Shown here: piece after piece, positions 1-7,738 of the stretch
Position numbering within the stretch: the first letter of the stretch is position 1
Layout: every line of letters starts with the position of its first letter
NCBI GenBank assembly: GCA_018671175.1
Contig: JABHIE010000029.1
Span: forward strand, 86,929-150,928
DNA from: Planctomycetota bacterium
GTDB taxonomy: Bacteria > Planctomycetota > UBA1135
Direction: 5' to 3'
DNA: 64,000 bases
Notes under the pieces: model-generated
What the model was told of the DNA's origin: nothing
Seen by the model: only the letters and a program-made list of their open reading frames with translations
Databases searched by the model: none
Position numbers and translations under genes: made by a program

Positions 1-76
1 CCGATTTTTCGAGGGTCTCAATGCCGCGGAAAAGTGCCTCGCGAGCTTTGTCTTGGAAGAGGATTTGCTTAGCCAT
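1..76 (-). CDS. groEL: chaperonin GroEL, first 25 codons only (gene runs off the window start)
   Basis: Reverse complement of 1-76 translates to MAKQILFQDKAREALFRGIETLEKS, a canonical GroEL N-terminus. Its ATG (74-76) lies 7 nt after the groES stop (84-86). Missing from the ORF track only because the window edge truncates it. Confidence 0.8.
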   Translation of the reverse strand, partial: MAKQILFQDKAREALFRGIETLEKS

Positions 77-83
77 GATTTAA

Positions 84-386
84 TTAAGCGTCGATTTTTG
101 CGAGGAGGTCAGCAGCGCGTAAGATTTTGAAATCTTCGCCGTTGAGAGTGATTTCTTGGCCAGAGTATTTGCCATAGACAACGGTATCGCCATCTGCAAT
201 CGGCATATCGGCGCGCGTGCCATCTGGGTTAGTGCGGCCAGCGCCAACGGCGACAACAACACCTTGATTGGGCTTTTCTTGTGCACTATCTGGAAGAACG
301 ATTCCGCTAGGGCTAACCGTTTCGGCTGCGACAGGGCGGACGAGGACCCGGTCCTCGATGGGGGTAAAGGTAGGTGATTTAGACAT
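84..386 (-). CDS. groES: co-chaperonin GroES
   Basis: ORF 84-392. Contains ...PIEDRVLVRPV...GIVLPDSAQEKPNQGVVVAVGAGR...GDTVVYGKYSGQEI..., full-length GroES. The track start at 392 is TTG; ATG at 386 (MSKSPTF) is preferred. Confidence 0.95.
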   Translation of the reverse strand: MSKSPTFTPIEDRVLVRPVAAETVSPSGIVLPDSAQEKPNQGVVVAVGAGRTNPDGTRADMPIADGDTVVYGKYSGQEITLNGEDFKILRAADLLAKIDA

Positions 387-400
387 AATCAAACAGTGGC

Positions 401-2023
401 TTAAAGGCCCATGCCAGACTCCATTCCGGCGGGTACATCGTCTTGGTCAGACTTAGCGTCAACAACCAAGCAATCGGTCGTCATGAGAGTGGCGGCAACA
501 GAAACCGCATTTTCGAGAGCTGTGCGAGTGACCTTGGTCGGGTCGACAACGCCCATCTCGATGAGGTCGCCATAAGTGTCGTCGAGCGCGTTGTAGCCTT
601 CAGCGAACTTGCGTGTTTTGAGGACGCGGCGGGCGATGACCGAGCCATCCATGCCGGCATTTTCTGCAATGACGCGGACAGGCTCGCGAAGAGCGCGAAG
701 CAAAATGTTGGCGCCTGCGGCCTGTGCTTCAGGAAGGTCGAGATTGATTTTGCTCGCAATTTTGAGCAATGCCGTGCCGCCGCCTGGGAGGATGCCTTCT
801 TCGAGAGCGGCCATCGTTGCGGCTTTTGAATCTTCGATACGCGCCTTGCGCTCTTTGACTTCTGCCTCGGTTGCACCGCCCACCGAGATTTGACCAATGC
901 CGCCAACTAGGCGCGCGAGTCGCTCTTCGAGCTTTTCGCGGTCATAATCGGAAGTCGTGTTTTCGACTTGCTTACGGATGTGATTCGCGCGGTTGTCAAT
1001 CTCACTTTGCTCGCCCGTGCCCTCAACGATAGTTGTGTTTGCACTATCAATCACGACGCGTCTAGCTGAGCCAAGCATTTCGAGCGTGGCCTTTTCGAGG
1101 TCATGCAGGCCATCTTTCATGATGGGAGTGGCGCCAGTAACGGCGGCCAGGTCTTGCAGAATCTCTTTGCGACGATCGCCATAGCCAGGAGCTTTGACGG
1201 CGCATACATTTAGGATGCCACGCAATTTGTTCACGACCAAAGCCGCAAGTGCTTCACCTTCGATGTCTTCGGCGATGATGAGCAAGGGGCGATTGCTTTC
1301 TTTGCTGGCTTCAAGCAAAGGAAGCAAAGTTTGCACATTAGAAATCTTGTCTTCATGAATCAGGATCAAAGGCTGATCTAAGACGGCCTCAAGGGTTTCG
1401 AGGTCGGTCGCGAAATTTGGCGAAAGCAAACCGCGGTCGAATTGCATCCCGGTAACGATGCTGACTTCTGTCTCAAGGCTCTTGCCCTCTTCAACTGTGA
1501 TGACGCCATCTTCGCCTACTTTTGCGAATGCGTCAGCCAGCATCTTGCCGACCTTTTCATCGCCGTTAGCCGCGATGGTCGCCACCGCACGGATGCCGTC
1601 AATGCCACCAACTTTTTTAGATTTGTTTTTTAGCCCTTCCGTAACAGCGGCGGATGCTTTGCGCATTCCCGTAATCAAGCCTTGCGTGTCGGCACCTGAT
1701 GAGAGGTGGCGGAGGGCTTCACGGTAAATCGACCATGCCAGTAGTGTGGCGGTCGTCGTGCCATCGCCTGCGCGGTCGTTGGTCTTGGTGGCGGCTTGCT
1801 TGACGATCTGCGCGCCGAGGTTTTCGGCCTTGTCGCTCAGCTCAATATCACGGGCAACCGTAACACCGTCTTTTGTGATGAGGGGGCCGCCCCAAGACTT
1901 ATCGAGAATCGCGCATCGGCCACGAGGGCCAAGCGTCGAGACCACAGCTTGAGCGAGTTTTTCGACGCCGGCAAGGATGGCCTCGCGTGCGTCGGTATCG
2001 TAGGTCAGTTCTTTCTTTGGCAT
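401..2023 (-). CDS. groEL: chaperonin GroEL paralog (upstream copy in the same operon)
   Basis: ORF 401-2065. From the ATG at 2023 (GGAGAG just upstream) it reads [27 protein letters not shown]...LGPRGR...[12 protein letters not shown]...[12 protein letters not shown]...PGGGTALL...VVDPTKVTR..., ending GMESGMGL. Confidence 0.95.
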   Translation of the reverse strand: MPKKELTYDTDAREAILAGVEKLAQAVVSTLGPRGRCAILDKSWGGPLITKDGVTVARDIELSDKAENLGAQIVKQAATKTNDRAGDGTTTATLLAWSIYREALRHLSSGADTQGLITGMRKASAAVTEGLKNKSKKVGGIDGIRAVATIAANGDEKVGKMLADAFAKVGEDGVITVEEGKSLETEVSIVTGMQFDRGLLSPNFATDLETLEAVLDQPLILIHEDKISNVQTLLPLLEASKESNRPLLIIAEDIEGEALAALVVNKLRGILNVCAVKAPGYGDRRKEILQDLAAVTGATPIMKDGLHDLEKATLEMLGSARRVVIDSANTTIVEGTGEQSEIDNRANHIRKQVENTTSDYDREKLEERLARLVGGIGQISVGGATEAEVKERKARIEDSKAATMAALEEGILPGGGTALLKIASKINLDLPEAQAAGANILLRALREPVRVIAENAGMDGSVIARRVLKTRKFAEGYNALDDTYGDLIEMGVVDPTKVTRTALENAVSVAATLMTTDCLVVDAKSDQDDVPAGMESGMGL

Positions 2024-2044
2024 GAGGCTCTCCTTGAGCAAGTC

Positions 2045-2118
2045 TAGTGCCAAGAAAAAGTGCAAAAACTAACGAGAAACCATAGGATTTGCACTCCCGA
2101 ACTGCCGTTTTGGCACTC
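2045..2118. promoter_or_regulatory. nested inverted repeats made of four CIRCE-half-site-like 8-mers upstream of the groEL-groES-groEL operon
   Basis: AGTGCCAA (2046-2053) and AGTGCAAA (2059-2066) are exact reverse complements of TTGGCACT (2110-2117) and TTTGCACT (2088-2095). Both right-hand copies are followed by CC. The half-sites resemble HrcA CIRCE (TTAGCACTC-N9-GAGTGCTAA), but spacing and orientation are non-canonical. Confidence 0.4.
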
Positions 2119-3339
2119 CGCTCAGCCATGCTTCTTCTTTCTACTGCCATCCTTGCCTTATCGGCAGCGCAATACGCTGTCGATGGGGTCGCTCAGTCTG
2201 TCGAGGTCCATTCTCTCGCCAGTTGGGGAGATGCGCCCACATTGCTCTCAAGTTCTGAGATGTCGGATGCCGATTGGGGCAAATATTTCGATCCGTCGCT
2301 GCGTGCAGATTGGCTTGAGCTCGTTTTCGATTCACCGCCTCCTCAGCCGTACGACGATGCGCGCACTTTGTTTTTGACAAACGGCTCGGTTCTCATCGGC
2401 GGGCCAGCGACCCCTTCCGCAGAGCATCGATTCGCATGGCGACTCCCAGGGGGCCAGGTCGTTGAAGTCGATTCTGTGTATGTAAAATCCGTCACAGGTT
2501 ATGCGCAGTCGCACTCTTCCATCGCACAGGGTCGAGACTTACTGCATTGGCAATCATCAAGCTCAACACCGGATGTTGTCCGCGGTTGGTTTTTGCGGTC
2601 GGATGAGTCCGAGGTCGTTTTTGAAACGGCGCATAAAGAGGCAGCCTTCCCGTGGGCGGGGGTTACGCGTATTGATTTGTTGTCTGATGATGACTTAACA
2701 TCATCTACTTTTTTTGTGCATTTTAAACAAGGTGTTCGTTTGGCCGTTGACTCGATTTCTCTATCGCCTAAAACTGGGGGTGGGTTCGGTGAATCAACCT
2801 GGGCGTTTGCGTCGAAAACGGGTGCTGTTATTCGTGCACCACTTTCATCAGTAGCGTTGATTGAGCAACGACCATCGCAAAACATCATGCCGCAATCGCC
2901 ATCTCTTGGCTTGGTGGCAGGCCTCGGAGAGGTTCGCGATACGCAACCATTCGAGTTGTGGAAGCCTCGTGAAAATCAGTCTGCCGAGGGGCGCCCCTTG
3001 GCTCCTGCCAAATGGCCGGTATCACGCGGAATAGGCCTTCATAGCCCGACAAGTGCGTCTTTTGTGGGTTGGGCTGATAGAGGCAAATTGTTTTTGCGGA
3101 TAGGGCGAGCCAGCATTCCGCAAGGGGTCGCTGCATTGCCTGATGTCGAAGTCTTGATTCAATCCGATGCCCCGATAAGCGCGATAAGCCTAGGCCTTTT
3201 ACCGAAAGAAGCCTCTCTGCGAGTATCGGTCGATTTGCCTGCCGGGCCGTTCCGCATTTTATTACAAAACAAGAGTCAATCTTGGGCGGGTGCTCAAGTT
3301 GATGTTGGCTTTTTGGGCTGGATTAAATTGAACGATTAA
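2089..3339 (+). CDS. secreted hypothetical protein, possible NPCBM/NEW2-like C-terminal domain
   Basis: 416-aa ORF with an N-terminal signal-like segment (LALRSAMLLLSTAILALSAAQYA). The C-terminal VSRGIGLHSPTSASFVGW...LFLRIGRA...DVEVLIQSD pattern recalls NPCBM domains. Start is ambiguous: TTG 2089, TTG 2110 or ATG 2128. Confidence 0.6.
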   Translation: MHSRTAVLALRSAMLLLSTAILALSAAQYAVDGVAQSVEVHSLASWGDAPTLLSSSEMSDADWGKYFDPSLRADWLELVFDSPPPQPYDDARTLFLTNGSVLIGGPATPSAEHRFAWRLPGGQVVEVDSVYVKSVTGYAQSHSSIAQGRDLLHWQSSSSTPDVVRGWFLRSDESEVVFETAHKEAAFPWAGVTRIDLLSDDDLTSSTFFVHFKQGVRLAVDSISLSPKTGGGFGESTWAFASKTGAVIRAPLSSVALIEQRPSQNIMPQSPSLGLVAGLGEVRDTQPFELWKPRENQSAEGRPLAPAKWPVSRGIGLHSPTSASFVGWADRGKLFLRIGRASIPQGVAALPDVEVLIQSDAPISAISLGLLPKEASLRVSVDLPAGPFRILLQNKSQSWAGAQVDVGFLGWIKLND

Positions 3340-3356
3340 TAAGCAAACTTCCTTAT

Positions 3357-4424
3357 TTAATCTTCATTCTTTCCTTTCTTTTTCTTGGGTGAAGCAGCCG
3401 CCTGACTTGAGGCCGCACCTTCGTTTTCTTTTGGTGCAACAGCCTTTTGACTTTGGGGGTCGAAGAAGCCGACTCGTCCTTTTCCGCTGATCTTGGCAGA
3501 TTTTAAGGCTTCATTTGCCCGAAGGAAAAGTTGCCGCTGGTCTTGCAGCCCATGCCCGTCATAAGTTGCAATACCTAAACTCATCCCAAGCATGATGGTG
3601 TGGTTTGCATTGCTCACTCTTTGATGCTGGCTCATTGCATGAATCCGTCGACAGACTGCGACGCCTTCCTCTAGTGTTGTACTGGGCAACAGCAGCGCAA
3701 ACTCATCTCCACCGATTCGGGCGGCAATGTCAATCGACCGCGTACTTTGCCGCAGAATCTCGCCGGTCGTCCGTAAGGCGAGGTCGCCAAATTCATACGA
3801 GGTGCTGTCGTTGATTGATTTGAAATCATCAAGATCCAACAAAACCATGGTGAGTGGTGAGCCGTGCCGTTGGGTTCGTTCAAATTCTTCTCTAAGGCGC
3901 CGGCGGAAGTGCCGGTCGTTGAAGAGCCCCGTTTTGTGATCTGTGATGAGTTGACCTTCTAGAGCCGCCGCGCGTGTGCGGGATTCGGCCAACAAACGAT
4001 CAAGGCGCAACAAATTCATCATGCGCGCTTCTTGGCGGGGGAGGTCGTCCTTTGCGTCAGCCCAATCGGCAAGAGCTTCTCTCCCGCGCAATAGGTTTGT
4101 TACGAGGCCTGGTGAGGCGCTTTCGTAGGGCAGGAGTAGCCAGGGTAGAGCGGTGGTTGGCGACAAGTGGCCAAATAATTCGCTCCATTCGAGACCCTCG
4201 GGCAAGAGGGTTAGGGGGGCAACGATTGCGGCCGTAAGCTCTTTTGTGGAAAGTAGTTGTAGTGTGTCGTCGAGTGTTCGTGACACCCTGACTTCCCAGC
4301 CGCGATCTTGAAACCAACGCCGCAACTCTTCGAGGGCTGCACCCCGATGGTTTAGAATCGCCAGGGTTCTTGGCCCTGCCGCTCTATCTTGCACACGCTG
4401 AAACATCTGCTTCAAGCATATCAC
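3357..4424 (-). CDS. diguanylate cyclase (GGDEF) with degenerate receiver-like N-terminal domain
   Basis: GGDEF domain: GLFNDRHF...LLDLDDFKSIND...RSIDIAARIGGDEFALLLP, with an RxxD I-site five residues before GGDEF. The N-terminal ~120 aa has a REC-like layout but no acidic pocket or phospho-acceptor Asp (LAILNHRG, AAIVAPL). Lys-rich C-terminus. Confidence 0.85.
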   Translation of the reverse strand: MICLKQMFQRVQDRAAGPRTLAILNHRGAALEELRRWFQDRGWEVRVSRTLDDTLQLLSTKELTAAIVAPLTLLPEGLEWSELFGHLSPTTALPWLLLPYESASPGLVTNLLRGREALADWADAKDDLPRQEARMMNLLRLDRLLAESRTRAAALEGQLITDHKTGLFNDRHFRRRLREEFERTQRHGSPLTMVLLDLDDFKSINDSTSYEFGDLALRTTGEILRQSTRSIDIAARIGGDEFALLLPSTTLEEGVAVCRRIHAMSQHQRVSNANHTIMLGMSLGIATYDGHGLQDQRQLFLRANEALKSAKISGKGRVGFFDPQSQKAVAPKENEGAASSQAAASPKKKKGKNED

Positions 4425-4461
4425 TCCGCTCCCGTAGGAACTTGCAAATATATAGATTGTG

Positions 4462-4489
4462 TTGACTTGGGCGCGAGGGTCGTTAGAAT
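4462..4489 (+). promoter_or_regulatory. sigma70-like promoter for the rpsB operon
   Basis: TTGACT (4462-4467), 16 nt spacer, TAGAAT (4484-4489), about 90 nt upstream of the rpsB ATG. The leader contains short hairpins (CAGTC..GACTG; CCGGG..CCCGG). Confidence 0.5.
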
Positions 4490-4579
4490 ACCACGCTAAT
4501 TTCAGTCACTTCAGACTGAATCCGGGCCGTACAAAACCCCGGTTCCCTACCCTTAATACCCAAGACCTCCCGGACCGTC

Positions 4580-5671
4580 ATGTCAGACCTCTCCGTCAAG
4601 GCACTCGTTGAAGTTGGCGCCCACATCGGTTGCCGCATCTCTCGCTGGAATCCAAAAATGGAGCCATTCATTCATGGCTCTCGGAACCGCATTCATATTA
4701 TCGACCTAAAAGAGACCATCCGTGGCATCTTGCGATCCAAGCATGTCATCAAAGAGGTCATCGCATCGGGTCAAGATGTACTCTTCGTGGGCACCAAGCC
4801 GCAATTGCGCGCTGAAGTCGCCAAAGTGCACGAAGCCACAGGCATGCCGTATGTCGACGACCGCTGGATTGGCGGTACTTTGACGAACTACGAAGTCATC
4901 GGTTCGCGTATTGCCTACCTCGAAGATCTCGAGCGTAAAGAGCGCGAAGGTTTCGTTGCGACTCTGTCTTCCAAGGCAGCGGCTCGTTTCAACCGCGAAA
5001 AGCGCAAGATCTTCCGTAACCTCCACGGTATTCGCGACATGTTCCGTTTGCCTGGCGCGATGATTGTGATTGACCCTAAAAACGAGCGCAATGCTGTCCT
5101 TGAGGCCAAGCGTATGGGCATCATGGTTTTGGGTGTCGTCGATACTGATTGCGACCCTGATGTTTGCGATGTGGTCATCCCTGCAAACGACGATGCGATT
5201 CGTTCGGTCGCCTACATTCTTGAGCATCTTAAAGATGCAGTCGAGGCTGGCAAAGTGATGCGCAAAGAGCGTGGCGTTGCGGCTCCGACTCGTCCAGAGC
5301 CTGTGCCAGAAAGCGCGCGTGGTGGCAAAGGCCAACGCCGTGGTGGTGGCGGTCCTGGTGGCAGTGGCGGTGGTCCTCGCGGTGGCGGCGGCTCAGGTGG
5401 TCGTGGCCCAGCACCAGCAGGTGGTGGTGGTGGCGCGCGTCGCCCTGCTCCTGGCGCACCTCGTCCAACTTTCCCAGGCGGTATCAATCGCCCGGTTGAA
5501 TTCAAGCGCGATGACGAAGCTGCCCCAGTGGCAACGGAAGCACCAGCGACTGAAGCTCCAGCCACGCCAGCCCCAGAGGCTCCGGTGGTTACCGAAACTC
5601 CTGCTGCGCCAGCCCCAGAGGCTCCAGCAACTGATGCACCAGCCACCGATTCGGCTGAGTTGTCAAAATAG
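4580..5671 (+). CDS. rpsB: 30S ribosomal protein S2 with ~130-aa Gly/Arg/Pro/Ala-rich C-terminal extension
   Basis: N-terminal ~225 aa is typical S2 (LVEVGAHIGCRISRWNPKM...IHIIDL...VLFVGTK...RWIGGTLTN...VIDPKNE..AV.EA...GI...VDTDCDPD). The rest is RGGKGQRRGGGGPGGSGGGPRGGGGSGGRG...EAPATEAPATPAPEAP... Confidence 0.95.
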   Translation: MSDLSVKALVEVGAHIGCRISRWNPKMEPFIHGSRNRIHIIDLKETIRGILRSKHVIKEVIASGQDVLFVGTKPQLRAEVAKVHEATGMPYVDDRWIGGTLTNYEVIGSRIAYLEDLERKEREGFVATLSSKAAARFNREKRKIFRNLHGIRDMFRLPGAMIVIDPKNERNAVLEAKRMGIMVLGVVDTDCDPDVCDVVIPANDDAIRSVAYILEHLKDAVEAGKVMRKERGVAAPTRPEPVPESARGGKGQRRGGGGPGGSGGGPRGGGGSGGRGPAPAGGGGGARRPAPGAPRPTFPGGINRPVEFKRDDEAAPVATEAPATEAPATPAPEAPVVTETPAAPAPEAPATDAPATDSAELSK

Positions 5672-5686
5672 CTGACCTAAATCGTC

Positions 5687-6286
5687 ATGACCATTTCCGC
5701 AAAAACAGTTGCCGAGCTCCGCACTAAGTCGGGCGCCGGCATGATGGAATGCAAAAAAGCCCTCGTCTCAACCGAGGGTGATTTTGATGCCGCCATGGAC
5801 CTCCTTCGCAAAAAGGGTCTTAAAGTCGCTGATAAAAAGGCTGACCGCTCGACTGCCGAAGGCCGTGTTTACTCTTACATCCATCACAACCAAAAGGTTG
5901 GTGTGTTGGTCGAGATCGCTTGCGAGACAGACTTTGTCGCGCGTGGCGAAGACTTCACCGCCTTGTGCCATGACTTGTGCATGCACATTGCCGCAACCAT
6001 GCCTAGCCCAGTTTCGGTTTCTGCTGATGAGGTGCCATCTGAGCTCGTCGAAGATGAGCGCAACATTCTGCTTGGCTCCGAAGACATGGCCGGCAAGCCT
6101 GACGACATCAAAGAAAAGATTGTCGATGGCCGCATGGACAAGTTCATCAAAGAGCGCGCATTGCTCTCTCAAGAATATGTGAAAGACCCATCTATGAGCG
6201 TCGAAGACCGCGTAAAAACGGCCATCGGCAAGCTGGGCGAAAACATCAAAGTCAGTCGCTTTGCGCGATTCGAACTCGGCGCATAG
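5687..6286 (+). CDS. tsf: translation elongation factor Ts (short form)
   Basis: ISAKTVAELRTKSGAGMMECKKALVSTEGDFDAAMDLLRKKG... UBA-like N-terminus plus the EF-Ts core; sits downstream of rpsB as usual. Confidence 0.95.
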   Translation: MTISAKTVAELRTKSGAGMMECKKALVSTEGDFDAAMDLLRKKGLKVADKKADRSTAEGRVYSYIHHNQKVGVLVEIACETDFVARGEDFTALCHDLCMHIAATMPSPVSVSADEVPSELVEDERNILLGSEDMAGKPDDIKEKIVDGRMDKFIKERALLSQEYVKDPSMSVEDRVKTAIGKLGENIKVSRFARFELGA

Positions 6287-7013
6287 TTTGACTTCTTCGG
6301 GCGACTTCAAGTACCGCCGCCTTCTCCTGAAGGTCAGCGGCGAGGGTTTCGCTAGCGAAGATGCCACAACTCTTGATACCGAAAGAGTCAAAGTGCTCGC
6401 AAGTCAATTGCGGGCACTGATTTCTTCTGGGGTCGAGGTGGCGTGCGTCATTGGCGGCGGCAATATTTTGCGCGGTAAGCAATCCGAGCAACTCGGTATT
6501 GCGCGCGCAACGGCAGATTACATGGGCATGCTGGCCACCATTATTAATGGCTTGGCCCTTTGCGATGCCCTCGAGGCTAATGGCGTGCCCACACGGGTCA
6601 TGTCAAGTATTGATGTGCATAAGGTCTGCGAGCCTTTCATCCGTCGTCGCGCTTTGCGTCACATGGAAAAGGGGCGAGTCGTTGTTTTGGTGGGCGGTTT
6701 AGGCAGCCCATATTTCACGACCGATAGCACTGCGGCCCAACGAGCCGTTGAGTTGGGTTGCGATGTCTTGCTCAAAGCCACAATGGTTGATGGCGTTTAC
6801 GACAAAGACCCCAAGCATCATGATGATGCGGTCAAGCTGCCCGATTTGACTTTCGATGATGTCCTGGCTCGCCGCTTGCGCGTCATGGATCAAACAGCAT
6901 TTACCCTTTGCTCTGAAAACGATTTACCTTTAGTCGTTTTCGAAATGACCTCTCAAGACGGCGTTTTGCGCGCTGCTCGTGGCGAGGCGATTGGCACACT
7001 CATCCATAACTAA
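6261..7013 (+). CDS. pyrH: UMP kinase
   Basis: YRRLLLKVSGEGF...VIGGGNILRG...ADYMGMLATIINGLAL...VVVLVGGLGSPYFTTDSTAAQRA.E...KAT.VDGVYDKDP. The ATG at 6261 overlaps tsf by 26 nt; an in-frame TTG at 6288 (just after the tsf stop) is an alternative start. Confidence 0.9.
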   Translation: MRDSNSAHSLTSSGDFKYRRLLLKVSGEGFASEDATTLDTERVKVLASQLRALISSGVEVACVIGGGNILRGKQSEQLGIARATADYMGMLATIINGLALCDALEANGVPTRVMSSIDVHKVCEPFIRRRALRHMEKGRVVVLVGGLGSPYFTTDSTAAQRAVELGCDVLLKATMVDGVYDKDPKHHDDAVKLPDLTFDDVLARRLRVMDQTAFTLCSENDLPLVVFEMTSQDGVLRAARGEAIGTLIHN

Positions 7014-7015
7014 AC

Positions 7016-7594
7016 ATGGCTTCTAGTATCCAACCCTTTCTCAATGATGCGCGTGATCGCATGGATAAGTGCCTTGAGCATTTCTCTACGGGTGTTCGTG
7101 GTATTCGCACTGGGCGTGCAAACCCTGGCTTGGTCGAAAACCTGCGCGTTGACTATTACGGCAGCCCGACCCCGATGGGGCAGTTGGCTTCGGTGACTGT
7201 GCCAGAGCCACGATGCATTATGGTTAAACCCTTCGACGCATCGACACTCAAAGACATCGAAAAGGCCGTAATGGCGGCTGACTTGGGCTTCAATCCGTCG
7301 ATTGAAGGCAAGGTTCTGCGCATTAGTGTTCCGATGCTAAGTCAAGATCAACGCCTTAAATTGATGGGCCGCGTCAAGACTGTTGCCGAAGAAGCCAAAA
7401 TCTCGATGCGCAATGTGCGCCGAGATGTTTTAAAAGATGTCGAAAATGCAGAAAAAGATAAAGACAGGGATTTAAGCGTAACGCAAGACGATGTAAAATC
7501 TGCGAAGTCTTCTGTGCAAGACATCCTCAAGGAACACGAAGACAAGCTTGACACTTTGGTCAACGATAAGTCTTCTGAAATCCTTGATGTTTAA
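7016..7594 (+). CDS. frr: ribosome recycling factor
   Basis: ...RMDKCLEHFSTGVRGIRTGRANPGLVENLRVDYYGSPTPMGQLASV...ISVPMLSQDQR..L.K..K...E..K...RNVRRD; canonical position after pyrH. Confidence 0.95.
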   Translation: MASSIQPFLNDARDRMDKCLEHFSTGVRGIRTGRANPGLVENLRVDYYGSPTPMGQLASVTVPEPRCIMVKPFDASTLKDIEKAVMAADLGFNPSIEGKVLRISVPMLSQDQRLKLMGRVKTVAEEAKISMRNVRRDVLKDVENAEKDKDRDLSVTQDDVKSAKSSVQDILKEHEDKLDTLVNDKSSEILDV

Positions 7595-7609
7595 GCGTTC
7601 GCGTTTAAC

Positions 7610-7685
7610 GGGGGCATAACTCAGTTGGTAGAGTAGTTGGCTTTTAACCAATAAGTCCCAGGTTCGAGCCCTGGTGCCCTCACCA
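7610..7685 (+). tRNA. tRNA-Lys (anticodon UUU), CCA encoded
   Basis: Hand-folded cloverleaf. Acceptor GGGGGCA/TGCCCTC (one G-U pair). D arm ACTC-AGTTGGTA-GAGT. Anticodon arm GTTGG-CTTTTAA-CCAAT (TTT at 7643-7645). Variable loop AAGTC. T arm CCAGG-TTCGAGC-CCTGG. Discriminator A, then CCA. Confidence 0.9.
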
Positions 7686-7694
7686 TTTTTTTTT

Positions 7695-7724
7695 CACCGA
7701 CCTTTACGGGTCGGTGTTTTTTTT
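7695..7724 (+). terminator. rho-independent terminator after frr/tRNA-Lys
   Basis: CACCGACC (7695-7702), loop TTTACG, GGTCGGTG (7709-7716), followed by T8 (7717-7724). Confidence 0.8.
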
Positions 7725-7738
7725 GTCCTCCACCTGAG

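Noticed and set aside
2037-2053. Exact sigma54-like core on the minus strand: TGGCAC-TAGAC-TTGCT, just upstream of the groEL paralog
   Set aside because: The predicted start site would fall about 3 nt before the ATG and would exclude the GGAGAG ribosome-binding site. The TGGCAC is part of the CIRCE-half-like repeat family, so the match is probably coincidental. It is kept only as an alternative to test.
5212-5675. ORFs 5212-5646 (-) and 5271-5675 (+), with poly-Pro / poly-Val-Ala translations
   Set aside because: They are alternative readings of the GGC/GCA/CCA-rich DNA that encodes the S2 Gly/Pro/Ala tail. These are repeat-driven artefacts.
4706-6391. Minus-strand ORFs 4706-5335 and 5768-6391, antisense to rpsB and tsf
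   Set aside because: They overlap universally conserved ribosomal and translation genes. No independent evidence of coding.
7686-7724. Hairpin flanked by T-runs, considered as a bidirectional terminator that would also serve the convergent radical SAM gene
   Set aside because: Read on the minus strand, the hairpin is followed by an A-run, not a U-run. Only plus-strand termination is supported.
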